From positions 134,096 to 198,095 of IMG/VR virus record IMGVR_UViG_3300015202_000003: 64,000 nt of DNA. The stretch is one strand, 5' to 3'. The position numbers were made by a program, and so were the translations under genes. The notes beneath the pieces are model-generated. The model searched no databases, was not told where the DNA came from, and worked only from the letters and a program-made list of their open reading frames with translations. The DNA is from a virus. Shown here piece by piece: positions 29,555 through 40,057 of this stretch. Positions within the stretch are counted from its first letter, which is position 1. Each line of letters begins with the position of its first letter.

Positions 29555-29738
29555 ACAGTATTTAGATTATATTTTAAATATGAGTTTCGAGTTAGTTTAT
29601 TATGGTCAAGGTTTTACTTTGGAGGACATAGAAAATCTTTCTACTTACGAAAGGGATTTTTATTATCGGAAATTAGTAGATACCAAGCAAGAAGAATTAA
29701 AAAGACAGAAAGAACAAATGGCTAAAAACAAGTCCTAA
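29517..29738 (+). CDS. gp51-like chaperone extension reached by +1 frameshift (alternative: 52-aa ORF from ATG 29580)
   Basis: The +1 frame opens just after TAG 29514-29516, spans TTT TTT CGC (29525-29533) and encodes FELVYYGQGFTLEDIENLSTYERDFYYRKLVDTKQEE. Not in the supplied ORF track. Confidence 0.7.
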   Translation, partial: TPVFFAPAPVQNKQYLDYILNMSFELVYYGQGFTLEDIENLSTYERDFYYRKLVDTKQEELKRQKEQMAKNKS

Positions 29739-29857
29739 GTTAAAAAATAAAAATTCCTTGGAATCTTCGTTCTGGGGAATTTTTATTTTCTATATAACAG
29801 ATAAAGAGAAGAGGTTAGTTATTAATTCTTTTGTAATTTAATTTTAAAATCTAAACA

Positions 29858-32800
29858 ATGCCTCCTTCTGGTTCTCCGTCTTCAGCAAGTCCGTCTTCAG
29901 CAAGTCCGTCTTCAGCAAGTCCTATAAATCCAACATCCCCTCCAAAGACGGGGCCGGGGTGGGGTGTTTCTGCGGCATGGAGTTTTTTAGCGGGAATAGT
30001 GGGTTCTTCTCAAAATGCTTGGGCGGGTGCTTTTAAAACTTTTAGTTCCACATTTAAAACTGTTTTCGATGTTAATTTAAAAAAATCCGGGGTGGGATTA
30101 AATTCTGGTTTAAAAAAAGATGTAAAAGACACGTCTATTTCTGCCGCACAAAGTTTAAAAAAGTGTTTCTTAGACCCTTTAAATTTGGGGGTTAAAAACT
30201 CTACTTTAGGTTTGTTAGGATTAGTGGCGGGAATAAGAGACGTTGTGAGGGGCCAAGGAACTTTACATGATGTTTATGTAAAACAAGGTCAAGTTACGGG
30301 ATTAGATTTAGATACTTTAAAAGAGAAGGCGGAAACTTTTAGAGAAAGGATGAACAATGCCAATACTGCTTATAGTCTTTACACGAAAAAACAACAAGAC
30401 GATTTTGCAGAAAGTGTTCGCAAAGAAGGAGTATCACTTTATAAATTGACAAATGGCAGGGTAGATAGAAAAGAGGTGGCAGAAAAGATGGAGGAGGTTC
30501 AAAAAAGTTCTGGAATCCGTGATCCAGAGGTTGTCCAACAAATTACTCGCCAAGTTATTTTATTAGAGAAAGCTAATGCTCCTGTTACTGGTTATGCGGA
30601 TGCAGCTGCGGAACTTTATAACAATAAAAACTTTGACAAAAAAGAACTTCCTGCTCTTTTAAATAATCTTTCTCAAACACTTACTCAAGCCAAACAATCT
30701 TTAAATTTAGATGAAACTCAATCCAGTTCGTTGTTGGAGGGTTTCAAAGGCGATTTAGAGCAGGCTTTTCGTTTTACGGGAAATAACCCTGCTCTTATAA
30801 AACAATTTACTCAGGGGGATATTTTAGGAAGGGCTTATGAAAAAAGAGCGGGATTAGATAATTTTGACATTAGTAAAAAAGCAATTGAAGCTGTAGATGA
30901 TAAGGGTGGTGAAGCTGCTAAAGCTTTCAGTATTATGCACGTTAACCCTGAAGAACTTATTGCGGCAATGAAGACGGGCGGTGACGCCGTTCCTAAATTT
31001 TATCAAAAGTTTATGGATAAGTTAGGTTCTTTGTCCAAAAGGGATCAAATAAACATGAAACCTGTTTGGGATTCTTTAGGCACAGGTGTTGATTTTGAAA
31101 CCATTGTTTCAAAAGTCGGTTCAAGATTGCAAGGAGCCGACAAAGAATTAGAAGCTTCTTACGGTCATTTTGGAGAGGGTTTAGCAAAAGAAGCAGATTT
31201 TGTGAACTCTATTCTGGGAGATAAGATAAAGGCTCAAAGTTCTGCATTTGGAGAGAAAATTAAACATTTTGTAGAGAACTCTAAATTATCTTTATATATA
31301 GATGGTTTTTTCAAAGATTTAGGAATTGACTGGACAACTATAACTCATATTTTTGAAATTGCGACACCTTTAGTTATTTTATTTGAAAGTTCTATCAAAA
31401 GATTAGGTTTAACTTTAATTGAGATTCCGTTAAAACCTTTTAAGTTTCTTGGAAACTTGTTTAAGAGTTTTACGGGTGTTGCAGGAAAAGAAGGCGAAGA
31501 AGCGACAGTAGGATTAGCTGGAAAGATAGCGGCTTCTATTAGAGGCACATTAAAAGGTTTATTTTCTGGCGTTGGCGCAAGGTTGTTTGGAACGGCAGAA
31601 AAAGAAGGTGTAAAAGCTTCTTCTGGTTTGTTTATGAAAGTAAGTCGTTTCTTTGTAAACATTTTAGCAGACGGTTTAAAAGCTTTTGGTAGAATAGGAG
31701 AAATTTTTTCAGATTATTTTAAATACGCTTGGGGTTTGATAGCTTACGAACTTAAAAATATTTCTTTTATTCGTCTCATAGGAACTCGTCTTTCAGTCGT
31801 TAGCGGCTATATAAGCCGTTGGATTTTAACAATTTTAACAACCGCTTCTGGTTGGATTTCTTCAATTACGGCTCCTATTAGAACATGGGCATCTGGAATT
31901 TTATCTTCTATGTCTTCTTCTTTGAAGGGAACTTTTTTAAGTAAACTTGGTAATTTGGGAAAGGGAATGTTTGGAGAAATAGGGGATGTATTAAAACAGT
32001 TGGGTGGAAAGTTGTGGACTTCAATTACGGAAGCCGTTGGAATAGGGGGTGCAGCGGAAGAAGGTGAGGGTTTATTAGGTGGACTGTTAAAAAATTCTGG
32101 TAAGTTTTTAGGAAGTTTAGCGGGAAAATTGGCGGGTTCTTTAGGCGGATTAGCAGAAGGAATGTTTGGAATTTTAGAAAAATTAAATCCAATAGCTTTA
32201 ATTTTTACGGTGGTAGCGGGCTATTTTCAAATTGGAAAAGCAAAAGACAAAATAAAAGCGTCAGTTAATTTTGCGGGACAAACGATAGGTGGTTTGTTAG
32301 GTTTTGCGGTAGGTGGCCCAATAGGAGCCCTGATAGGGACTTTATTAGGTGGTTTTCTATCTAAATTTTTAGAAAAGCCTGTCAGGGATTTCTTAGAAAA
32401 AAATCCGAAAGTTTCAGAGGCTTTAAGCAAGTTTGGTAATTGGATAAAAGACATTGGCGATAAAGCGATGGTTTTCTTAGGGGGTTTATGGAAAAGCATT
32501 AAAAAAATTGATTGGGGGAAAGTATTAGATGTAATTACGGGAGCCTTCTCTTCCTTTTGGAATTTTTTAAAACCTATTATTGCTGTTGTGGTTCCGGCTT
32601 TAATTGCAACGGGAAAAACAATTTGGAGATTTATTGATACGTCTTTAATTCAACCTTTTAAAACTTTATTGGCTTTATTTAAAGGATCGGGAACAAAAGA
32701 ATCTACTGGAGGTTTTGGAAAGTGGCTTACGATGCTAAGGGATAAAGCAGTTGAAATTTCTAATTTCGTTCTTCCCATTATTTTTAGATTTGTGGACTGG

Positions 32801-35800
32801 GCGGGGAGGGCAATTGGAGGTTTATTTAAATGGTTAATTCCGGTTTTATCCAAATATTATGAAATTATAACTGCTATAGTTGCATGGTTGGCGGATGCTA
32901 TCTTAGCTACGGCTAAAGTTTTATATGCTGCTTTCAATGCTATTTTACCTTGGATTGGAAAAGCTTTTGATTGGTTAGTTAAAATATTTAGAAAATATAT
33001 TGAACCTTATTTAATAAATACTTTTAAATCAATTTTAGATTGGGGAGTGCTTTTCGGTAAGTGGGCTTCTAAAAATCTTCCGGAATTTTTGGATCAAACT
33101 ATAGATGTATTGGGTGCATTTGTAGACAGTTTTGGAACGAGCATGTCTGTTTTATTTAAGACGTGGGATTATACTTTAGAAGCAATTGCTGACTTGGATG
33201 CGGGTTTTCATCATTTGCAAGGTTCTATTTGGTCTTTTATGTCTCACATTCCCGGTTGGTCTAAACTTACGGGGGTAACTCAGGAACAAATAGATGCAGA
33301 AAAAAGTTATGTTTCTCCTTATAGAGACAATAAAATAGGGGATGAAACAATTAAGAGTTTAGCTAATTTACATACCGCTAAAGCATTACACGCTTTAATT
33401 AAAGGGGCATTAGACCCTAAAACAAACAAACCAGACACAACAACAGATTACGGAAAAGCACAGAAACAAACGAATAATTATTTAGACGATACATTGCCTA
33501 CTTTCGGCAAAGAAGTGGGGAAACCTGTTTGGGATGCCGGAGTGGGTGTTGTTAAAGGAGTGGGTAAAAAAATAGAAGGTGGGATGAAAACGGCTTATGA
33601 TTGGTTAAAAGAAAAAGCTCCTGAAACAAAAGAACAAGCTGTTTCTTACGTTATTCAGGGAAAGGCTTCTTTCAGTGATATTTTATCTCAAACAAAAGAT
33701 AAATTTGGAGAAACAAGTCCACAATACCTACAAGCATTAAAAAGAATCAATCCTATTTTAGCGAGTTTTGAAAAAATGAGGCATAACATTATGGCCTCTA
33801 CGGGAATAGGTTTCAAAAAAATAATTGGGGGTTCTACCTTTGAGGGCATGAAAAAGGGCTTTGGTTCGGCATTAGATTGGATTAAAGATAAAATGTCCAA
33901 AGATGGTATAAGTTTTGGAGGTGTTAATGGCCCTTCTAATTCTTCTAATGGGGATTCAAGTTCTACAGGCCAAAAAAATTCAGAGGGTTATAATATTACG
34001 TCGGGAGGGCCAATGGGACAAAAAGTTTCAGCAGCTGCAATTGCAATGAATCCTTCAGGGGCTAATTTGGATGGAGATTCTGAGTGGCATCGCAATTGTC
34101 AAGTCAAAGCAAGAGAAGCTTTTCGTAAAGCAACGGGTTACAGACATTCTGCTTTTGGTCTTTCGGCGGCAGATACAATGAATAATTTCAAAAGTAAAGG
34201 TATTGGATATGCTTGGACGGGAAAAGACACTCCTATTCCCGTAGGGGCTTTAGTTTATTCTTCTGGAAGAGTTGGTAATGGTTCTGGACACGTTCAAATA
34301 ATGGGTTCAGATGGTATGTTTCACGATCAATACGGCGCTCATCCTCGTCCAAAAACCCGTCCTGATTGGATTGTTCCTTCTGACGGGCTATCGCGTGGCG
34401 CGGGAGGAAAAGTTTCTGATTATAATGCACAAAATTATATTGGAGGTTCGGTAGCAACGGCTGAAAACTCTGACAATCAAAACGGAACTTACGTTAATTC
34501 TTCTGATAAAAAAGTAAAAAGTTTTCAATTTTCAGATGATTTTAAAAAACAAGTTGCGAGCGATCCGACTTCACAAAGAGAGGTAAGAAACCATTTTGGT
34601 AAAAAGGGAAAAGCAGGGCCAGCAGCTTGGGCTAAATTTTATCAATATTACGGAGATTCCAGACATTCTATTAATGTTTTAGCCAATAGAATAATTAAAA
34701 ATGTAAATGAGCCTCAAAAAGACCTTCCTTTTGAGCAGACACAGCAGTATAAAAACATTCAAAACAAATATAGAATTTCTCGAAAGTCTCTACAAAAAGA
34801 TAGTGAAAACTACGGGCTTATAAGTCAACTTACTGACCCCAACAATATTAATTTAAAACATTTTTCTGAATCTAACGATGAAATGTCGAACCGTCATGCT
34901 GACAGAGTTCGTCGTTCATATGAAAAAATGCGACTGAAACAGGATAGGGAAGTAGCAAAAGCAAGACAAGAATACAATGGAAATAATTTTTATAGAAAAG
35001 AACATGCACAATGGAGAATGTCCCATGAAGGCAAAGGTTACTACGGACAATGGGGAACAAAAACAATAAAAGGGAAAAGAAGGTTTGTTCCCAACAAAGT
35101 TTCTTCCGATAAACCTTCTGTTTCAGATTATCAGACTACGGGGGGTGCGGGTTCTGGTGAAAGTTTGGGAGGTTTTGATTTTTCACATTTTGGTTTAGAT
35201 GCTGTAGGAAAAGGAAATTTAAATAAGTATGTAGGTGTAATAGAGGCTTCTTCTAAGGCGTCTGGTGTTCCCGGTCAGTTATTAGCTTCTGTTATGGCAG
35301 TTGAGTCTCATTTTAAAAATCTTCCTTTAAATAGTGCAGGGGCGGGGGGTATTGCTCAGTTCAAACCTTCTACTTTGAAAGAGTATGGTGGGGGAACGAA
35401 GGTAATGAATATAAAGGCTTCCATAATGGCTGAAGGCCGTATGTATGCCCATTTAATTAAAAAATACTCTGCTTCTAAATATCAGGGAAAGGGTTACTCT
35501 GCTCAAGAGTTAGCAACCGCAGCTTACAATAATGGCGAAAAGGGTTTTGAGGATTGGTGGAATAGTGGCAGGTCTAAAAATAGTCCTGAGCAAAGATACA
35601 TTACGAAACTAAGAAAAGTAAATGCTTTTGGTGGCGGAAGTGATGGGGCTACTGATTCTTCTTTTCCAAGTTCAACATCTAATTCTTCTTCTAAACCTTA
35701 TTCTCCCGGTGGAATGAAACACGTTGTATTAAAAAACGATCCTAATACAAATCCTTCTTTAAGTTCTTTTAGATTAAACTCGGATCAAATGGAAAAGTTT

Positions 35801-36157
35801 TTTGGTCAATCTACGGAGATGGGGCAAAGAGCGGGAACAATGACAAATTTTGGAATTGGAAATACAATTCAACAGGCATATAGTTCGGTTCCAAGTTCAA
35901 TGACTCCTGACATGAACCCTGTTTCTTTAAATCCTACGCCTTTACCGTTTAATTTTCAAGGTGGGATAGGTTCTATTTCTTCTCCTATAAAACCGGATGC
36001 GACTTTACAAGATATAGTAGATGCGATACATAGTCAAACAAAAGTGTTGGAAGAAATGGATTCTTTTGATGGAGATGGTGATTCTGATTCTAAGAACCCT
36101 GTTAAGTTCAATAAGGACTTACCTGCTCCTGCTCTTCCTTTTGGCTATAAATTATAA
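29858..36157 (+). CDS. Tape measure protein with C-terminal NlpC/P60/CHAP-like and lytic transglycosylase domains
   Basis: 2099 aa with Trp/Phe-periodic helical and Gly-rich hydrophobic repeats; NCQVKAREAF...GHVQI; AVESHF..GAGGIAQF..AAYNNG. Confidence 0.92.
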   Translation: MPPSGSPSSASPSSASPSSASPINPTSPPKTGPGWGVSAAWSFLAGIVGSSQNAWAGAFKTFSSTFKTVFDVNLKKSGVGLNSGLKKDVKDTSISAAQSLKKCFLDPLNLGVKNSTLGLLGLVAGIRDVVRGQGTLHDVYVKQGQVTGLDLDTLKEKAETFRERMNNANTAYSLYTKKQQDDFAESVRKEGVSLYKLTNGRVDRKEVAEKMEEVQKSSGIRDPEVVQQITRQVILLEKANAPVTGYADAAAELYNNKNFDKKELPALLNNLSQTLTQAKQSLNLDETQSSSLLEGFKGDLEQAFRFTGNNPALIKQFTQGDILGRAYEKRAGLDNFDISKKAIEAVDDKGGEAAKAFSIMHVNPEELIAAMKTGGDAVPKFYQKFMDKLGSLSKRDQINMKPVWDSLGTGVDFETIVSKVGSRLQGADKELEASYGHFGEGLAKEADFVNSILGDKIKAQSSAFGEKIKHFVENSKLSLYIDGFFKDLGIDWTTITHIFEIATPLVILFESSIKRLGLTLIEIPLKPFKFLGNLFKSFTGVAGKEGEEATVGLAGKIAASIRGTLKGLFSGVGARLFGTAEKEGVKASSGLFMKVSRFFVNILADGLKAFGRIGEIFSDYFKYAWGLIAYELKNISFIRLIGTRLSVVSGYISRWILTILTTASGWISSITAPIRTWASGILSSMSSSLKGTFLSKLGNLGKGMFGEIGDVLKQLGGKLWTSITEAVGIGGAAEEGEGLLGGLLKNSGKFLGSLAGKLAGSLGGLAEGMFGILEKLNPIALIFTVVAGYFQIGKAKDKIKASVNFAGQTIGGLLGFAVGGPIGALIGTLLGGFLSKFLEKPVRDFLEKNPKVSEALSKFGNWIKDIGDKAMVFLGGLWKSIKKIDWGKVLDVITGAFSSFWNFLKPIIAVVVPALIATGKTIWRFIDTSLIQPFKTLLALFKGSGTKESTGGFGKWLTMLRDKAVEISNFVLPIIFRFVDWAGRAIGGLFKWLIPVLSKYYEIITAIVAWLADAILATAKVLYAAFNAILPWIGKAFDWLVKIFRKYIEPYLINTFKSILDWGVLFGKWASKNLPEFLDQTIDVLGAFVDSFGTSMSVLFKTWDYTLEAIADLDAGFHHLQGSIWSFMSHIPGWSKLTGVTQEQIDAEKSYVSPYRDNKIGDETIKSLANLHTAKALHALIKGALDPKTNKPDTTTDYGKAQKQTNNYLDDTLPTFGKEVGKPVWDAGVGVVKGVGKKIEGGMKTAYDWLKEKAPETKEQAVSYVIQGKASFSDILSQTKDKFGETSPQYLQALKRINPILASFEKMRHNIMASTGIGFKKIIGGSTFEGMKKGFGSALDWIKDKMSKDGISFGGVNGPSNSSNGDSSSTGQKNSEGYNITSGGPMGQKVSAAAIAMNPSGANLDGDSEWHRNCQVKAREAFRKATGYRHSAFGLSAADTMNNFKSKGIGYAWTGKDTPIPVGALVYSSGRVGNGSGHVQIMGSDGMFHDQYGAHPRPKTRPDWIVPSDGLSRGAGGKVSDYNAQNYIGGSVATAENSDNQNGTYVNSSDKKVKSFQFSDDFKKQVASDPTSQREVRNHFGKKGKAGPAAWAKFYQYYGDSRHSINVLANRIIKNVNEPQKDLPFEQTQQYKNIQNKYRISRKSLQKDSENYGLISQLTDPNNINLKHFSESNDEMSNRHADRVRRSYEKMRLKQDREVAKARQEYNGNNFYRKEHAQWRMSHEGKGYYGQWGTKTIKGKRRFVPNKVSSDKPSVSDYQTTGGAGSGESLGGFDFSHFGLDAVGKGNLNKYVGVIEASSKASGVPGQLLASVMAVESHFKNLPLNSAGAGGIAQFKPSTLKEYGGGTKVMNIKASIMAEGRMYAHLIKKYSASKYQGKGYSAQELATAAYNNGEKGFEDWWNSGRSKNSPEQRYITKLRKVNAFGGGSDGATDSSFPSSTSNSSSKPYSPGGMKHVVLKNDPNTNPSLSSFRLNSDQMEKFFGQSTEMGQRAGTMTNFGIGNTIQQAYSSVPSSMTPDMNPVSLNPTPLPFNFQGGIGSISSPIKPDATLQDIVDAIHSQTKVLEEMDSFDGDGDSDSKNPVKFNKDLPAPALPFGYKL
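29876..29920 (+). repeat. 3 x 15-bp tandem repeat (ccgtcttcagcaagt, PSSAS)
   Basis: Perfect tandem copies at the 5' end of the tape measure gene. Confidence 0.95.
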
Positions 36158-36223
36158 AAAATTTAATTAAATTAAATTAGAATCTTCGTTCTAATTTTTA
36201 ATTTTAAACAGTATTAAAAAACA

Positions 36224-37357
36224 ATGGAACTTTCATATATTAGGGATTTAAATAGTAACAGTGCGCTTCGTTTTGATTATTTAACTGACGGGGCTGAATT
36301 TACTGACACTGTTTCTGTTTCTTGGGGAGAGCAAGCTATTATTGGGCGTTCGGAACCTTTTAGATATTACGAAGGAACTTCTAAAAGGAGCATAGGAATT
36401 TCTTTATTTTTTTGTAGTAGTGTTTGCGTAGAGGATACTTTTTATGGAATAGAAAACAATTCCAACATAAAAACTTCTTCTAATCCTGCCTATGCTACAA
36501 AAAACAAATCAATTGCTCAAAATATAAAACATCAACTTAGTGATAGAAAAGTGGGGGGAGTGGTTTGGGTAAACGAACAAGTTCCTATGGAGTGGAGAGT
36601 TGTGCATCAAGTTAATTTTTTAAGAAGTTTTTTATATCCCACTTACGTTCCTAATCAAGATGGAACGGGAGTTTCCAGAGTAGATAAGCCTCCTTTGGCT
36701 TATCTTTCTTTGGCTTCTTTTTTAAAATTTAAAGGGATTGTAACGGAAGTCGGAGTAAGCTGGAAAAGGCCTTTTATTTCTAACGATTTGCAATTGCCGA
36801 TTGTGGCGGAAGTTACATTAAATTTTGATGTTATATCGGATACGCCTTATGATTCTAATATGATAAGAAACAGTTTAAATTTTTTAAACAATACTTCATT
36901 GCAAGCGGCAACACCTAATCAAACATCTTCTAATTTACTTTCTGCTCAAAACACTCAAAAATTGCCGAGTTTGCCTGAAAAATATGTTTCTTTATATAAT
37001 TTAAATTACACAAACATGAAAGCGTATAAAGCTAAATCTCATGCAAGCAATTATCATACTTTATACAGTAATTACATAGATAGCTACACGAACTTAGAAT
37101 CTTATTTAAATTTAAATAAAGTAACAAATGAACAGAGAGATTTCTTAGAAAAGAGATTAAAAAGTGAAAGTTTTCAACAAGTGGGAACATTACAAGATGC
37201 TTTCCATTCGGGCGGTGTAAACGATGTTAAATCTTATCCTGTAGGCGTTCAACCTTTAAAACTACCAAATTCTAATGCTTTAAATCTTGCACTTAGAAAA
37301 CCTTCTCCTGCCCGTTCTCCTCGATTAGGTTCTACTGACAATGGAAGTGGACATTAA
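36224..37357 (+). CDS. Baseplate/tail-tube initiator (tube-fold) protein
   Basis: IIGRSEPFRYYEGT.KRSI, LRSFLYP, PP...L, AEVTLNF motifs; follows the tape measure gene. Confidence 0.7.
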   Translation: MELSYIRDLNSNSALRFDYLTDGAEFTDTVSVSWGEQAIIGRSEPFRYYEGTSKRSIGISLFFCSSVCVEDTFYGIENNSNIKTSSNPAYATKNKSIAQNIKHQLSDRKVGGVVWVNEQVPMEWRVVHQVNFLRSFLYPTYVPNQDGTGVSRVDKPPLAYLSLASFLKFKGIVTEVGVSWKRPFISNDLQLPIVAEVTLNFDVISDTPYDSNMIRNSLNFLNNTSLQAATPNQTSSNLLSAQNTQKLPSLPEKYVSLYNLNYTNMKAYKAKSHASNYHTLYSNYIDSYTNLESYLNLNKVTNEQRDFLEKRLKSESFQQVGTLQDAFHSGGVNDVKSYPVGVQPLKLPNSNALNLALRKPSPARSPRLGSTDNGSGH

Positions 37358-37364
37358 ATAAAAA

Positions 37365-37709
37365 ATGAATTTTAATTTAAATGAAATTAAAGAGATTGCG
37401 GATTCTCCTAATAATTTACCTGCTTTTTCGAGGTATAAGTTTGTTACTTTATTAGAAACAAATTATAGGGATTTTTTAGATTTGCCTTATTTTCCACAAA
37501 TTTACGATTTGCCTGTTAATTCTTATTTTACTGTTACTCTGTCTGAAGAAGACCGGATTGATAAGGTTTCATATAAGGTCTTTGGAAATACAAGATTATG
37601 GTGGGTTATCTGTATTTACAATAAAATCGAGAATCCCTACGATCTTCCTATGGGTTTTGTTCTAAAGATACCGTCGTTAGAAAGTCTTTACAATTTTGAT
37701 GTTGTATAA
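37365..37709 (+). CDS. Baseplate wedge LysM-like protein (gp53-like)
   Basis: EDRIDKVSYKVFG...LWWVIC.YN.I.NP.DL..G.VLKIP. Confidence 0.88.
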   Translation: MNFNLNEIKEIADSPNNLPAFSRYKFVTLLETNYRDFLDLPYFPQIYDLPVNSYFTVTLSEEDRIDKVSYKVFGNTRLWWVICIYNKIENPYDLPMGFVLKIPSLESLYNFDVV

Positions 37710-37730
37710 TTTGTTAGACTATTTTTTTAA

Positions 37731-38540
37731 ATGCCTCGTTCTAAACCTGCTTGGACAAAAGAGCAAGATTCTCTTCTTTTATCTTTAATTGAGCAAAAAA
37801 CTCCTTCTGAAAAAATATCTGTGTGTTTAGGAAGAACTCGAAACGCTGTCGAAAGTAGAGCCAGACGTTTGGGAAGTAGTGTGTCTTTAAATTGTTGGAC
37901 AGATGAGCAAGTTAGTCTTTTACGTTCTTGTGTTTCTCAGGGAAAAACTATTGAAGAAATGGTTTTTTTGTTGGGTGTAACGAGAAAAAGATTACGTCCT
38001 AAGCTAAATCATTTGGGAATTAATTCTTTTAAAAGTCAAAGTAGGAAAGAACAAAAAGATTTGAGATTAAAGGGTTTAAAACGCTGTCCTAATTGTAAAG
38101 AAATTAAACCTCTCAATACTGAGTATTTTGTTCCTCCTCTTGTTTATTGTATTTTTTGTGAACCTGTCCTTAGAAACAAAAGAAGAATCTCTTCTTTGAA
38201 AAGTGTTCTAAATTCACGTCTTAAAGGTGCAAAAGCAACTTCTAAAAAGAAAGGAAGAGAATTTAATTTAACTTTAGATTGTTTATTAGACTTGCTTGAA
38301 AAACAAGAGGGTAAATGTTTTTATACAGGTGAAATTATGACGGTTGGGGGAGAAGAAAGAAGCACTTTTACATCTGCTTTTTCTATTTCCATTGACAGGG
38401 TAGATTCTTCAAAAGAATATGTAGAAGGAAATGTTGTTTTGTGTTGTTGGAGAGTGAACCAAATGAAAAGTGAGTTTTCTGTTGAAGATTTGAAATTTTG
38501 GTGCGAAAGAATTTCTTCTTGTAAAAATAAGATAGTTTAA
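37731..38540 (+). CDS. Free-standing HNH-type homing endonuclease with N-terminal Myb-like repeats
   Basis: WTKEQD and WTDEQV repeats, CPNC..CIFC, CFYTG, SIDRVDSSKEY.EGNVVLCC..VN.MK. Confidence 0.85.
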   Translation: MPRSKPAWTKEQDSLLLSLIEQKTPSEKISVCLGRTRNAVESRARRLGSSVSLNCWTDEQVSLLRSCVSQGKTIEEMVFLLGVTRKRLRPKLNHLGINSFKSQSRKEQKDLRLKGLKRCPNCKEIKPLNTEYFVPPLVYCIFCEPVLRNKRRISSLKSVLNSRLKGAKATSKKKGREFNLTLDCLLDLLEKQEGKCFYTGEIMTVGGEERSTFTSAFSISIDRVDSSKEYVEGNVVLCCWRVNQMKSEFSVEDLKFWCERISSCKNKIV

Positions 38541-38620
38541 TTGAAATAAAACAAAGAAAGAAGATTCCAAGTAAATTTTTTTTCAATTTTCATATTATTG
38601 TCGTTAAATTAAAATTTCCA

Positions 38621-40042
38621 ATGTTAAAAAACAGAAGTAAAAATACAAAATCGCAATTTACGGGTGTTTCGGAAAGCCATACTCCGAATCCGAGTATGGT
38701 TTTTCTGAGTTTTCTCTTAGACCCCTTAAACCCTCAAAATCCCGGTCATGTAGATTTGACGACATTTCCTAATTTTACATTTGTTAGTTTTACGCACACT
38801 TATGTTGGTAAAGGAATGAGTGGAGATAGTTGGAGTTTGCAGTTATATGATCCCACATGGACGGACATTGAATTTTATTTATTTCAGAAAGAGATATCAC
38901 AAACATACGTTTTATTTAGGTATGGTTACACAGATGAGGGATCTGCTAAAAGCCCTCCTCGTTATGGGGTTGTATCGGGAGTTACTTGTAATTTAGAAAC
39001 GTCGGGAATGACAATTACAATTACTGGGGGGAGTTCTAATATTATTACTCAATTTACTCAGAGATTCGAGAATTTTTCGGATGCGAGTATTTCGGACATT
39101 ATTAAAAAAATGATTTCTTTTGAAGGATTAAGAGAGGGTTTAATTGTTCCCACAAAAAAAATCCCTCATCCTAACAACGACAGTCAGCATTTTACGTTTC
39201 AAATGCACGGTCAAACTTTCATGCAATTTATTAACAGCTATTTAATTCCTCACAGTATTTCTGAAAGTGGGGAGGCCAATTATAAGTTACATATAAGTTC
39301 GGCAACGGAGCCTCCAACTGTTCATTATTATCCAGAGAATTACGATACGAGCGACTATTTTAAAACAGAGGATAAAGCATATAAAACTTATTTGTATCAA
39401 CGTTCGGAAAAGTCTGAGGTTATTTCTTGGGCGCCTTCAATTATTCCTATAAACATTTATTCTAAGAAGAGTATCCATGAAGCGGGCGGTATTTTAAGTA
39501 GCACACAAATAAATAAAAAAACGGGTTTAGTGGAAAATATAAAAACTGACCCTAAGGATTTAAAAGACAATAAAAATCCTGCTACTAAAAAAGACCCTAA
39601 AAAATTTCAAACGGAAACATTGAAACAAAAAGTAAAACCGAATCCGTTAGCTTCTCCTAAAGACAGAGCGGCACGGAATCCGGGCAGGAATTTCATTTTA
39701 CCTTCTTCTTCTGTTCAAACTGTTCAAGTAAGACAACGATGTGCTTTAGCTTGTGCTGATTCTTCCGGGATTACGGGGAATTTAACCCTTGTTGGCGACC
39801 CTCATTTTCCTTCAGGTGAGCTTTCAAGGGTAAGGTTAATTGTTTTAACGCCTTTAAATCAAGAGCATTATTCCTCTGGTTTATATCAAGTAACGCAAGT
39901 AACCCATACAATTTCTTCTTCTTATACAACATCTGTTGAACTTAAAAGCCCTGTTTTCCAATCATCTGACCAGAAACCTTCTCAATCTCCGATTCCTTTA
40001 CCGCGTCCAACTGTTATTACTCCTCCAAAAACAACCGTTTAA
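38621..40042 (+). CDS. Baseplate hub protein (gp27/gpD-like)
   Basis: FRYGY, LTLVGDP, SGLYQVTQVTHTI...YTTSVEL motifs; precedes the spike gene. Confidence 0.75.
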   Translation: MLKNRSKNTKSQFTGVSESHTPNPSMVFLSFLLDPLNPQNPGHVDLTTFPNFTFVSFTHTYVGKGMSGDSWSLQLYDPTWTDIEFYLFQKEISQTYVLFRYGYTDEGSAKSPPRYGVVSGVTCNLETSGMTITITGGSSNIITQFTQRFENFSDASISDIIKKMISFEGLREGLIVPTKKIPHPNNDSQHFTFQMHGQTFMQFINSYLIPHSISESGEANYKLHISSATEPPTVHYYPENYDTSDYFKTEDKAYKTYLYQRSEKSEVISWAPSIIPINIYSKKSIHEAGGILSSTQINKKTGLVENIKTDPKDLKDNKNPATKKDPKKFQTETLKQKVKPNPLASPKDRAARNPGRNFILPSSSVQTVQVRQRCALACADSSGITGNLTLVGDPHFPSGELSRVRLIVLTPLNQEHYSSGLYQVTQVTHTISSSYTTSVELKSPVFQSSDQKPSQSPIPLPRPTVITPPKTTV

Positions 40043-40057
40043 ATTTTAAAATTAATC

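Noticed and set aside
5333-35066. Short antisense or nested ORFs from the track (e.g. 6854-7069, 11589-12692, 31345-33900)
   Set aside because: They are shadows of long, motif-bearing + strand genes and have no independent signals.
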